Shown here: positions 11,688 to 23,546 of the stretch, one piece after another | Layout of the letters: each line of letters begins with the position of its first letter | Numbering within the stretch: the first letter of the stretch is position 1 | DNA from: Lama guanicoe | Taxonomy: Eukaryota | Assembly: GCA_013239625.1 (NCBI GenBank) | Contig: MU054187.1 | Coordinates: 4,723,757 to 4,787,756 of the forward strand | DNA: 64,000 nucleotides | Direction: 5' to 3' | Notes under the pieces: model-generated | What the model saw: the letters and a program-made list of their open reading frames with translations, nothing else | Databases searched by the model: none | Told to the model about the DNA's origin: nothing | Made by a program: the position numbers and the translations under genes

Positions 11688-12825
11688 GCAGAGAAAGTCT
11701 TTAGCTGAGTCATCTTTCAAAGGACATGCCCAAAGGGTTGGCCTTGAGGAGAGGAGGGAACATGGTTCCAGGAGGAAGGATGCGTGTGGGAGGAAACCCC
11801 AGAAGGCAGGAGCTGAGGATGGGACAGAAAGAGGAGCTGGCTGGTAGGAGACCCCCTGAGGACGAAGGGCTCTAAGACTGTACCAAGCAGACCAGCAGAG
11901 AAAGCACCGCGATGGGCACCAGAAACAGAGATGCCCCGAGGCAGGATGACAACCGCTCCAGCTTCTAAGCTCCGCCAACAACTCTCCCTGCCTGGGCGGT
12001 GTCGGGGCCCGCGAGGGGGCGGGTACTAGACAAACATCCAGTGAGAGGGGTCATGGGGACACAGAAGAAATGCCCCCCCCCCCGACATCCCTTCCCATTG
12101 CAGGTTTCCAAGCTTAAGTCAGACGTTCTCTGATGAAGGGGAGAGAATTAAATTACACGCACAAAAAGTCAAGCTTTGAAAATAGATAAACCTACAACTA
12201 AGAGAAGAAAAACTGTGGGATCTGCTGACAAACCTCAGCTGTCCAGAAAAAAGTTGTCCATCTTAAGCCATTATCCCTGCTAATGACCATCTCGGCTAAG
12301 AAGCACAGTTTATTCAGTAAGTCAGTACATTGCATTTTTCTGAGTAATCATTTGAATCTAAATTTCCAGGTATGTTGCTAGAGATACACAAACTGGTTTT
12401 TTTTAGTAACATTAAAAATCTCTGTGCCTGAACTTACATCTCTTTCTTGTTTCTACTGTGGTTTATACGTAACTTCTTTCCTCTTGATCAGATTTACCTA
12501 TTTTAGTGAGTTTTTCAACTTACAAACTTTTGATGATATTGGTCAAGTTTATGCGTTTTGTTTCCTGTTTCGTTAAGCTCTGCTTTTATGTTTCTTGATT
12601 CCTTTCTTCTCTTCGTTGGGGTTATTTGATACACTTTGCCCGTCTCCCTGAGTTGCATGCCTAGTTTGTTTTCATTCTTTCTAGCTTTCTACTTCCTGTT
12701 TTTAAGGCAATGTTTTCACTTGAGTACCATTTTAATGCTGTTTTAAAATTATTCTTGACCAAAGATTGAGGAAATGCTGTTTTTCTTTTATAGTACTCAA
12801 GTTAATTTTTTTCATAAGGCTATGA

Positions 12826-13422
12826 TGTTACCCCAAAACTGGGTTCGTGTCTCGGTGGGTGTCAAGCCGAAAGATCCAGAGAGCTAAAGAGCAGGAGAAG
12901 GAAGGGTTTATTCCTTGCAGCAAATAAGGAGAACGCGGGGATCTTTCCCAAAGCAGTGTCTCCCCAGCAGCAAAACTGGGGAAGCTTCAAGCTGAGGGTA
13001 CATGCATATTCATGAAGGGGCTTGAGCAAAGGGGAATTCAGCACAGAATTGGGGCAAAGGTCGACGGAGTCCAGGCTTTAGTTGATTAAAGCCAAGAGGG
13101 TCAGAAAAGGTCAGCATCACATGATCCCTTAGGTCTCAGCTGATCTGGTGGTTGGTGCTGAGGGGGGTTTAAATTCTGCAAAACAGCTCAAGAAAGTGTT
13201 TTAGGCTATAATCTTTACCATTGAAACAGAACTGGGAGTTGACAACTGATTTATTATCTCTCGCCTGACAAAAGGTTTTTTTTTTTTATTCCCCTAAGAT
13301 AATTATTACTGGACCTGTTCAAGGTCAGGCATTGTGGCCATGCTTAGATCGTAGCTGCTCTTCTGTCAAGAGGGAGATGCCTGGTTCTCTCTCTCTGGGA
13401 CCCCCTACCTTATCCGCTTACA
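12826..13422 (-). mobile_element. Solo LTR (ERV1 class by its 4-bp TSD)
   Basis: tgttacc...gcttaca termini; perfect TSD atga at 12822-12825 and 13423-13426; minus-strand AATAAA at 12907-12912. Confidence 0.85.
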
Positions 13423-13489
13423 ATGAGGTTCAGGAAGCCGAGGGACAGGCATCAGGAGAAACCAGTTTTCAAGATGGTCCCACTTGGTG

Positions 13490-13618
13490 GGGGGAGTTAA
13501 CTAAGTTTATTTATTTATTATTTATGTATTTATTCTTAGAAGAGTACTGTACTGGGGCTTGAACCCAGGACCTCCGGCATGCTAAGCATGTGCTCTACCA
13601 CTTGAGCTATACCTCCCC
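13490..13618 (-). mobile_element. tRNA-derived SINE (Vic-1-like)
   Basis: gtactggggcttgaacccaggacctccggcatgctaagcatgtgctctaccacttgagctatacctcccc with (ttta)n tail on +. Confidence 0.88.
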
Positions 13619-13796
13619 ACCAATTTATTTTTTGACTTAAGATCCTTCAGTAAGTGAAGATTCTCTGCTCTGGTTTCTCAACCATCTTGTATTTAGACTT
13701 CATCGACATTTCAGAACTATGCACAGTGAAACTCTTCGTTTCATGTGTCAGGAGGGGCACGCACAGCAGAGACATGGTCAGAGCAACTCTGTGGAG

Positions 13797-13876
13797 CAGC
13801 CCGGTCATCGCTCCCGGAGGTAACTGGCGGTGACCACAGCCTGGTCATCGCACCTGGAGGCAGCCGGCGGTGACCG
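13797..13876. repeat. 2 x 40-bp tandem repeat (33/40 identity)
   Basis: Units 13797-13836 and 13837-13876. Confidence 0.9.
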
Positions 13877-14752
13877 CGTTCAGCTGCCTGACTTCATTCC
13901 TTCACTAGGAGCAAGATCACCCTCGATTTTCTAAAAGACCCACATCAGCAAGCAAATCAGCAACCAGGACACAGAGCGAGCTCTGACAACGCAGCAGCCC
14001 ACCTCCGGCACTTTTCCCTCCTTTGTTATAATTTATATACACAGCCTAGAGGTGAGGTGTAGTTTTCATCCCTTACTTATTGTCTTGCTTTTCTCAGTCC
14101 TCCTTCCCCTCTGACATACATATTTAGCATGCCATGAGTCATTATGAAGCACTGCTTTCCAGTTTATCTGAACACGTTTCATCAATCCGCAGGCCGTCTG
14201 TACCCGGCCCACCACGTCAACTGATCGGGCACGGGTGTCACACTGCATCGCTTAACCCGTAAGGGTAACAAAAACCTGACGGCTCTGACACATCCCACTG
14301 TGCGCCGTGCACAGCTGCAACCCTGCCCAGAGGTTTCCACAGTTCCCTCCCCACCCGCACAGTCCTCACCCCCGTCCCTTCTCTCCCTTCCCCCTCAGTC
14401 CCAGGCCCTCTCTGGCCCTGCAGCCATTCCTTCAGCCAGGTCAGAGTTTACTGCCTTCTGTGCATTCTTGCTCCAAGTCGGCATGTTTCTCTAGTCCGCA
14501 GAGGCTCTGATGACTGGCTGCGATGAAATGTCTCCACATGGTATTCCTGTCACATACACAATCACAAAGTTGAAAAACAGTTTCTTTACAGAGTCTGTCA
14601 CTTGGCGCAGTATCACCGAGCACTCAAAGAATAGTTTGCCTTGCGGATGGGAATATTCATTTATACTTGAATATTGTATATACTCTGGTAGATTCTCTCA
14701 CTCTGTCCACACACCAGTCATCTAGACATTGTTTTAAAGTCTAATGTGTAGT

Positions 14753-14838
14753 GGGGAGGGTGTAGCTCGGTGGTTGAGTGCAGGCTTAGCACACACAAGG
14801 TCCTGGGTTCAATCCCCAGTACTTTCACGAAAAAAAAA
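14753..14838 (+). mobile_element. tRNA-derived SINE (Vic-1-like, short form)
   Basis: ggggagggtgtagctcggtggttgagtgc...ggttcaatccccagtac + A-tail; partial TSD aaagtct on both sides. Confidence 0.88.
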
Positions 14839-17800
14839 GTCTGAAGTGCTCCAGTGGGGCTCAGGAAGGGAGGTCCCAGGGGAAATGGACCTGGGAGGAT
14901 GCACTTGAGCAAACGGAAAGGTGACGTCTAGACTATTTTGCGGCTCTACTGGGGAAACCGGGAAGAATTAGCAGTAAAGTCACGCAGAGCGCGTTCTCAC
15001 TTGATGTGAGAAACAAGAGCTGGACAGTACTTGCATCCCCTACTGTGGGAGCGGAGCACACATCCCCCGTTGGCTCTTGGGATTTGCGAATGAAAAGAGG
15101 GATGTCTTCCTGCTAGCTTTCAAGATTCCGGTAACAACGCGGTACTTTGCGTAGGATATCTATTTGTCCTAAGCACGTGGAACTCTTCCCGCTTTTGTGC
15201 CGGTGGCAGAGCTCGGAGGGCTGCGCCACCTCCCCAGATCCTGGCCAGGAAGCCCCATCTCTGCACGCATCCCGCAGGCGTCAAATCCTGACGGTTCCTT
15301 GCTGAGGACGGTACGCAGACCTTTGGTTTCGGGTAACAACAGTTCACCTCTTTCTCCCAACATCCTGTGCACAGCCCAGACCTTACACCTCAGAGATTCC
15401 CCTGCTTGCTTCATACACCTCTGTGCAGATGTCAGGCTGGCGGTCGTGCAATGTCTCCCTTGCAGAAAGTGGGCCATCGCAGGGTCAGTCTCTGGAGAAG
15501 ACGCCAGTCCTCAGACAGGGAACGAGACCTCCTGAAACACGTGCAGGATGAGATACAGGAATCCCATCTCTTTCTGGCCTTGTGTTTTGCCTTTAATTGG
15601 ATAGCAATCTGCCTCTTACCTAGTGGTTCTGTGTTAATTCATTGTGTAATATTTTTGAAGGCATTTTCCGCGACAACAAGGAATCCAAACAAGTAAATCT
15701 AACAGCTGGAATGTTAAATTTCCCTATTGAGCGAAAGGGAACACTGAGCAAAGGAAAACTCTCTCAACTTCTCTTCCAGCAGCTGAAATAGTCTATTGAC
15801 ATTGATTATTACAGAAATCTTAAGTTCTGAGTTGCTAAAATGTGGGAAATCATGTGGCTTCTAGAAACAGGAAAATACGGTAACTCTAGAATTCTAAACA
15901 ACTTTTCTGTTCCTCAGGCATGGTGCCAGGCATGAAAGACCGTTGAAAACATAGCCCCAGCCCTCAGGAAGTTTCTGTAAGATGACGTAATGGTTAACAC
16001 AGAAGAAACCACGGGGAAGAAAGCAAAGCAAAGACCACGTCCGATTACATGAACAGTTATGACGGGAAGGACTAGATCGAGCGCCGAAGGATGAGGGTCA
16101 GCTCCCAAGGTCAACTGATGCAGTTGCTCTGTTTTCCACCCACCAAGAAACTAAGTGAATAAAGAATGTATTCCATTTTCCATATGAACACAGCTCAGAA
16201 GTTCTGCATTTTCCTGTCTGTGCAAGCACAACTAGCATGGTTGATGCTGAACATCTGGAACCCTTCTGGCCATGTGGAACTTGGAACACAGCCTTTGGCG
16301 TCCTTGCCAAGGGTGTGTGTATTCACAACTTAGGGAGGAATCCCAAGTAGAATTCCACAGTTAAGAGCAAATAGAGTTTTTAACATACTGAAAAAGTACT
16401 CTTCTGTGTGGTAGAGAAACACAGCCAGTAAAAGATGGAACCTCGGGACAACCCAAATGTCAGCGTGGCACATCTCCTGCAGAATCTGGATGTACTCAGA
16501 GATTCCAGTGATTTTATGTTCTTAACAGAGCCCAGATGCTCCTAAGTATTCCCGATATTATTAAAAATTAAACTGAATATAAGTGGCCACAAAATATTGC
16601 AGTGAGTGTTCCTATCATAATTGTTTTGAACACAGATGTACAAACAGCTGCATCCTTTTACCAACATGGCTATTTCAAATCTACTGTAATCAATTCTTAT
16701 ATATTATTGATCACCTTTTTATATTTTTTCTTTCGGGGATCCTGTAGCCAAAGGGGATAAGATATATTTAAATTTCTGTCCTTGAAATTATTATTCATCA
16801 TGGCCAGGGCAAGAAGGTAGAAAATAGAATCTTGAAACAAAACAAATGACACAGCTGACAATTGAAACTCCATTTTTTTTTAGAAGTCACATGTTATCTT
16901 GCCTTTGCTTAAACATTTTTCAGCAACCGCACAAAATAGTTCTATTGTGTGGAGGGAAGGAATTTCTAAATATGGGAAATTTTAATTTTTTAGGAAAGCA
17001 GAATTCAACACACACTTTTGAAAGGGGAGCCAAATGTCATACTATAAGTTAATTTAACTTTTCTTTGCCAGTTGTATTTAACTTATTGGTATATCAACCA
17101 ACCGTATTTTTATCAAATGTCAAAGACACAGCTCGTGACTGTGATGGAATATTTAGCACAGCTGACCACTTCACTATGGCAAAATTATCTCGGATGAAGG
17201 ATCGTTAAAAGCAGCTTTGTAACAATTGTAGATGCCCGGGGAAATGGTAATTTAGCACCAGAGACTATTTACATAAATACATTTACATCGTATTTACATG
17301 TACATAGGGATGTTCTATTATCAAATAACCAGCTACACTAAATCCAAACTTAAAAAGTAATATTTACTAAGGAATAACTGTTTACCTTTCACGAATGTCC
17401 AGGCTTTACAAAATAATTTGTTTCAGTGTTTGTTTTTTTTAATAGGGAGCACTCCTTGTGCATTTAAAAAAATGATTGATCAAATATCATTTTTTTTCAG
17501 GAACACATTCTTTTTTAAGTGAGATTCTCTAGAAGGTACATAAACGAATTTGTTCCAGGAAAGTCAGCTGAGGAGCGCTTTGAGAGGTGGTTACATTGCT
17601 CAACAAAGCATTGTTCAGAACCTTGTTGATGTAAAACCCTGAGGGAGGGAATGTGTTCCAGAATAAAGGCATCATAAGGCATTGAGGGCCAGTCTGGTTT
17701 GTCATGTGGCTGAGGTCTTAACAGGGAAGAGGAAGTTACATAATTCCACAGAGCAAGTGACCTGCAAGGGTTGGATTTTTTTTTTTTTTTGGCTTGATGG

Positions 17801-18528
17801 TGAAGTTCAATCTTTCCAAACAACAGCAGCACTAATTATGATCAGACTATTCATGGGTGTTTCAGGAACCTTAAAAAGACAAACTTCTCCATTCTGGAAA
17901 TTGAATAAAAATATATGGTGGCTACCGTCATCTTTATTTCTTCCCATGAGCAACATTATAAGCCAGAAGGAGACCCAAGGGGCCTCCTTTTAAGTAAGAG
18001 TGCTGTATCTTTGTCACAGCAGGGCGTATTAAAGAGATTTTAATGTGCAGTAATATCTTTGGTTAGTCATACCCTACCATGGTAATTGTTAGTGTCTATC
18101 CATATTTGTGGATCTGTTTTTGTGTTACACCACTGAAAGTCCTACAGAAAGTACCACGTCCTGGACAGTAACTACACTAGCATTATAGCTACCCTGTGAC
18201 CATGGTTGGCCCTAAGCCCACAGTATTTTGATATTACTATATCTACATAAATATTATTCAGAGATGAGTTGTGTAAAGTGATACGATTACATTTCTTTTC
18301 ATGGTCAATTTTCCTCACTTTTTTTTCGGCTGCTTTGTACTCGAATTTCATTAATTCATCTCCCCACACCCAGAAGCAAGAATCTCTCACTATGTTCAAA
18401 TGCATTTACTTCTCGTGGAGACATTCTTTCTAAGCCTTCTATCACCCAACTTCACGTAGGACTGCAGAGCTGTCAGCCCAGTCACCTCTCTCCTGTGCCG
18501 AAGTCTCTGCGCTGTGGGAAACTTCTCA

Positions 18529-18696
18529 ACTGTGATTTCAACATCAACCCACTGGTTTTTCAATAGCATGTTGCTTAATCTCCATGCTTTCCTTTTTTTC
18601 TCCTTTGTTTCTTTGTAGTTGATTTCTAGTTTCATGGCCTTGTGGTCAGTAAAGATGCTTGAGATAATTTCTATCTTCTTAAAATTGTTGAGGCTT
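18529..18696 (-). mobile_element. Internal L1 ORF2 fragment (end of endonuclease domain) flanked by a 16-bp direct repeat
   Basis: Peptide SLNNFKKIEIISSIFTDHKAMKLEINYKETKEKKRKAWRLSNMLLKNQWV; flanks tgtgggaaacttctca 18513-18528 / tgtggggaacttctca 18697-18712. Confidence 0.85.
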
Positions 18697-18839
18697 TGTG
18701 GGGAACTTCTCATCTCTTCCTTTTTCTTGTGGTATTCTTATTTGGTGCAGCAAATGCACATTTACTTTATAATTTACTTCCTAATAAATGGAGAGTGAGA
18801 GAGAAACTCATTGATTCCTTGTTGATATAAAAGTGTCTT

Positions 18840-19370
18840 CACACTTGAGCAATACGGTTTGGCCCAGAATAGATTTCTAGGTTAGATGTCACTTTCCCTC
18901 ATAATTTTGAAGGCATCTCTCCATTGTTTTCTAGCTTCAGGTAGTTCTGTTGAGAATTCCAATCCACTCTGATTCTCAGTCATGGGTATATGACCTGTTT
19001 CTTCTACCTGGGAACTTCTAGGATCTTCTCTCTTCTCTGATGTTAAAATTTCACAAAGATGTGCAGTAACGTGAGTCCTTCTGAAGATGAATTGTTCTGG
19101 GTATTCGGTGGGTCCTGTTAACCTGGAGACATTTGTTCCCCAGTTCTGGGACAGTTCTTGCATTTGTTGTGTGACAATTTCCTCCTCTAGTATTTGGATG
19201 CTGGACTTCCTGGATCAACACTTGATCTTATTATTTCTCTTCTATTTACTCTCTTTTTGAAGTATTAGTTCCCCTTTCTGGAAGATATCATTGACTTTAT
19301 CTTCTAAGCCTTCTAGGAATTTTTTATATTTTTGTCATAATGCTTATAAATTTCAGAGATCTCATTCTAA
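18840..19370 (-). mobile_element. Old L1 ORF1-region fragment
   Basis: ORF 18882..19163 ends LEFSTELPEARKQWRDAFKIMRE, resembling the L1 ORF1p C-terminal motif (DFS...EARRQW..FK.L.E). Confidence 0.7.
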
Positions 19371-19449
19371 AAACAAAACATTTTGAATAATCCTTAAAAG
19401 TATCATCCTGTTCCCCTTTTACAACTGCAACGACTCGTTTACATCTTCT

Positions 19450-19671
19450 ACTGCCAACTTTGATCCAACCCCTTCCACCCCCCCAGCACCTCATAAGGAT
19501 GCTTGTGATTACAGCGGACCCAACTGGATAATACAGAAGAGTCTCCCTGTCTCAAAATGCTTAACCCAGTCACATCTGCAAAGTCCCTTCTACCATGTAA
19601 GGTAACATATTTACAGCTTTGGAGGATTAGGTTATGGGCATCTTTGGGAGTCCATTATTCAGTCTACCACC
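19450..19671 (-). mobile_element. MaLR MLT1-like LTR fragment
   Basis: cacatctgcaaagtccctt...catgtaaggtaacatatttacag...ggattagg...ccattattcagtctaccac is typical of MLT1. Confidence 0.75.
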
Positions 19672-19679
19672 ACTAGTAA

Positions 19680-20340
19680 CTCACATATCACTTCAAATTT
19701 AGTAAATGCGAAAGCCATCCTCTAATCGTCTCACCTCCCGCACTTGCTCGTCTTACTGTGCTCCACCTCAGCAAACGTGCTGGCATCCACCTATTGGCTT
19801 ATCCCACCAACCACTAAGTTCTTCTGATTCTTCATTCTAATATATATATACACATATGTGTATATATGTATATTTCTCTGATTTTCTCCATCTCCACTGT
19901 AACTGACACATCAGGACTACTGTAATAGTCTCCTAGTGTGACTCAGCACATCCCAGACTTACCCACTCACCCATTCTGTCCTCTAAGCAGTAACCAAAGT
20001 AGTCCTTTTAAATGCAAATCAAATCATGTAACTCTCTTCAGGAGCTTCTGAACAGCCCCGCCTGCTTCTCCAGCTTCCTGTCAAGCCATCCTCCTCTTAC
20101 TGTTGTGTGCTGGCCACAATGGCCTTTCAGCTCCTGAAGTGCATCAAGTTTCACTTCAACTGCAATGCTTTTTCGATTGCTGTTCCCTTTGTCTGAAACA
20201 CTTCTCCTCCATCTGTCCCTTGGCTATCACTCTTCAGCTTAGAAGTTGCATCTTCAAAGATGCCTTCCTTGAAATCTTAGACTAATTTTTGTTCCCTTAA
20301 AATACCTTTCCCTAGTCCCTTGAGCTTTTTCTAAACACAC
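19680..20340. mobile_element. L2-like relic
   Basis: ctccatctccactg...ggactactgtaatagtctcct...aaatgcaaatcaaatcatgt...tgttccctttgtctgaaacactt motifs typical of L2. Confidence 0.55.
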
Positions 20341-20374
20341 ATCATGACTCTAATTTTTTGTGTAATTATTATAT

Positions 20375-22620
20375 TTTAAATTATTAAATTTTATTTTTCA
20401 GAACAGTTTTAGGTTTACAGAAAAAAATGAGTGAATAGTACAGAGTTCTCAGGCACTTCATCTCCCCAGACAGTTTACTCTTTCATTAACATCTTGTATT
20501 ACTGTTGTTCATTTGTTACAGTCGATGAACAAACGTTGGTACATTATTTCACATTAGAGTTCATTCTTGGCTTTGAACAATGTGTTCCATTCCACCAACA
20601 ATTCTTTGACACTAGTTGGGTGTCCTACAATTTCATTCATTCTGGCCCTGGCTACCCAGAGTTTGTGTCAGATCCTACAAGTCAAAGGACAAAATCTCTA
20701 ACAAGACTGTACCCACTTCACTTGGGAGCCAAAAATGGCATCCTCATGGTGTCTGCACTTCTGTCCAGCCTGGCTACAAATTTGGTGATTCCCATAATGC
20801 CCCTTCAAGTTTGATACTTAGCTAGAGTGACTTACAGAACTCACTGGAAGCACTGTACTTTGGATTACAGTTTTATTATAATGTATACAAATAAACAGCC
20901 AGATGAAGAGATACCCAGGGCAACCACTGACCTTTTTACTACCTTTGTAATATTTCTTTTTTTCCAGAACATCTTATAGTTGGAAACATATAGGATGTAG
21001 CCTTTTCAGACTAGCTTCTTTCACATAGTAATATGCATTTAAGGTCCCTCCATGTTGGCATGGCTTGATAGTTCATTCCTTTTTATTGCTGAATAATATT
21101 CCATCTATGGATATAACATGGCTTATTTAGCCATTTACCTGTTGAAGGATATGAAGGATATCTTTCTTGCTTCTAGTTTGGGGCAATTATGAATAAAGCT
21201 GCTATGAATATTCATGTGCAGGGTTTTGTGTGGACATAAATTTTAAAATCATTTGAGCAAATATCCACGAGCATGATAATTGATTCATAGAGCAAGACTA
21301 CACTGCGCTTTGTAAGAACTTTCAAATTGCCTTCCAAAGTGGTTGTGCCATTTTGCATTGCCATCGGCAGTGAATGAGAGTTTCTGTTGCTCCACACGCT
21401 CACGGCTTTTTGGCATTGTCAGTGTTTCAGATTTGAGCCATTCTAAACGGTGTGGAACACTGGTATATCTCATTTTACTTTGCAATTCCCTAATGCCATG
21501 CTGTTGAGCCTCCTTCCTATGCTCATTTGCATGTCTTCCTTGGTGAGGTGTTTGTTCAGATCTTTTGCCCAGTTTTAAACTGGCTTCTTTTCTTATCGTT
21601 GAGGTGTAGGCATTCTTTGAGTATTTTGGATGCAAGTCTTTTATCAGATGTGTATTTTGCAAATATTTTCTCCCAGTCTGTGGCTTGTCTTTTCTCCCTC
21701 TAACAGTGTATTTCACAAAGAAGAAATTTAAAATTTTAATGAAATTTAACTTGTCAATTTTTTTTCTTTCATGGATTGTGCTTTTGGTGTTGTATCTAAA
21801 CATTTATGACCAAACCAAAGGTCACATAAATTTTCTCCTGTGTTATCTTTTAGAAGTTTCATGTTTTGAGTTTTAAATTTAGGTCTATGATCTATTTCAA
21901 ATTAATTTTTGTGAAAAGTGTAAGGTCTTTTGTCTACATTCTTTTTTTAATTTTTAAATTTTAATTTTTTTTGCATGTGGAAGTCCAGTCATCCCAGCAC
22001 CATCTGTTGAAAAGACTACTCTTTGTCTATTGAATGCCTTTGCTCCTTTGTCAAAGACCCATTGAGTGTACTTGTGTGAGTCTATTTCTGGGCTCTATAT
22101 TCTGTTCAATTGGTCTATTGTTCTAGTCTTTTTGCCAATACCACACTGTCTTGACTACTGTAGCTTTATAGTAAGTTTTGATGTTGGGCACAGTCAGACC
22201 CATGATTCTTTTCCTCTTCTTCCATTTTGTGCTGGCTCTTCTGGGACTTTTGTCTTAAAACTTTCAAATCAGTTCGTTAATATCCAGAAAAATAACTTTG
22301 CTGGGATTTTGATTGAGATTGTATCAAATCTATCAAATGGGGAAGAACTGACATCTTGACAATCTTGAATCTTCCTAGCCAAGAACATGGACTATCTTTC
22401 TATTTATATTTATCTTCTTTGATGTCTTTATAGTTTTCCTCATATAGATTTTGTACATATTTTGTTAGTTAAACCTAATTACTGTGTTTCTTTTTTTGTG
22501 CTAATGAGTAATACTGTGTCTTTAATTTCAAATTCCAATTGTTCATTGCTGTTACATGGGAAAGCACTTGGCTCTTGTAGTTAACCTTGACACCTGCCAC
22601 CTTGCTATAATTGCTTACAG
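20375..22620 (-). mobile_element. Old L1 (3' UTR + ORF2) with nested MER21-like LTR fragment (~20575-20925)
   Basis: ORFs 21212..21403 and 21285..21803 give degenerate ORF2 peptides (KIDKLNFIKI..F); nested ttctttgacactagttgggtgtcctacaattt...cagccagatgaagagata resembles MER21. Confidence 0.8.
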
Positions 22621-23280
22621 TTTTTATTAGTTTTACCACGGGTTAAATTATTGTGGCACTAAATACTTTAGCTAGAAATAAAGTGTTCCCAAGTTAACTG
22701 CTATTTTGTCAGATACTCTATGTTACTCCATGGTAACTATGGAAAATTTAGGTAAACTATGCCGCAGTGTCTTTGCATGCTAAAGATGTATCCATCTTAC
22801 AGACTGATGCAAGGACCAAATAAGACTACTATATACGTCAGGTTCTTCGGACGGTGCCTGGAACCGTAGCCCTTAAAAAACACGGTTTCTCAGCTGTTGT
22901 GTTGGATACAGCTATTACTTTTGCGCACTGCCGCACATAACCTTTAACAATCAGCGAACCTTAGCTCAGAGGAACAAAGTAATAAAAGCTGAAGAAAAAA
23001 GTTGTAACACAAAGAGGGCAGGAGATGAGAAGGGTTAGTGGGAGGGATGTTTCTGAGCCTGTGGGTGGAGAGGTTAAGCCAGGGGGTCACGGTGAGCAGG
23101 ATCACATGGTGGCCGGAAAATCTCTTACGGACAGGTTCTCAGGACTCTCTTCGTGTTGGAGGTGATGGGAACCAAGTGATCCTGAGGACGGATGCACAGC
23201 TGTGATTGCGTGGTACCCGGCCGCTGGGCACGAACTGTCGGGAGATTTGAAGCAGGTGGGCGGCTCTACAGCCCCCACTC

Positions 23281-23330
23281 CGGGAGCAGCGCGAGCAGCG
23301 GGAGCAGCGGGAGTAGGGGGAGCAGCGGAG
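23281..23330. repeat. 9-bp GC-rich tandem repeat (gcgggagca)n in the SDCBP promoter
   Basis: About five imperfect copies. Confidence 0.8.
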
Positions 23331-23449
23331 CCGCCCCACGTCACGCCCACACCCCGCCCCCGCCCCGTAACCATGGGAACCAGGTCACCTGACCGGGCGC
23401 CGGGCGCCTGCGCGGGCGGAAGGCGGGGGCGGCCGCTGACGCGCCTGGC

Positions 23450-23546
23450 GGGCGGGCCTCGGGAGCGCCGCCCTCCTCGCCTCCGGTCTCGGAAGTCCGA
23501 GCCAGTGAGCGGCGGCGGCGGCGGCGAGCGGGTCCCTACGGCCTAG
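23450..23546 (+). other. SDCBP: SDCBP non-coding exon 1 (5' UTR); 5' boundary approximate
   Basis: gaagtccgagccagtga(gcg)n...ggcctag|gtgagc donor at 23546/23547; resembles recalled human SDCBP exon 1 end. Confidence 0.8.

Noticed and set aside
14753..14838. tRNA gene-like sequences (also at 4.5, 7.8, 9.5 and 13.5 kb)
   Set aside because: A/B boxes are present, but A-rich tails, TSDs and mutually diverged copies identify them as SINEs.
21212..22359. ORFs up to 172 aa
   Set aside because: Degenerate, frameshifted L1 ORF2 remnants or their antisense frames.
1..23000. Possible exons of a neighbouring gene such as CYP7A1
   Set aside because: No P450-like or other host-gene peptide is recognisable in the ORF track or sequence; short or non-coding exons cannot be excluded.
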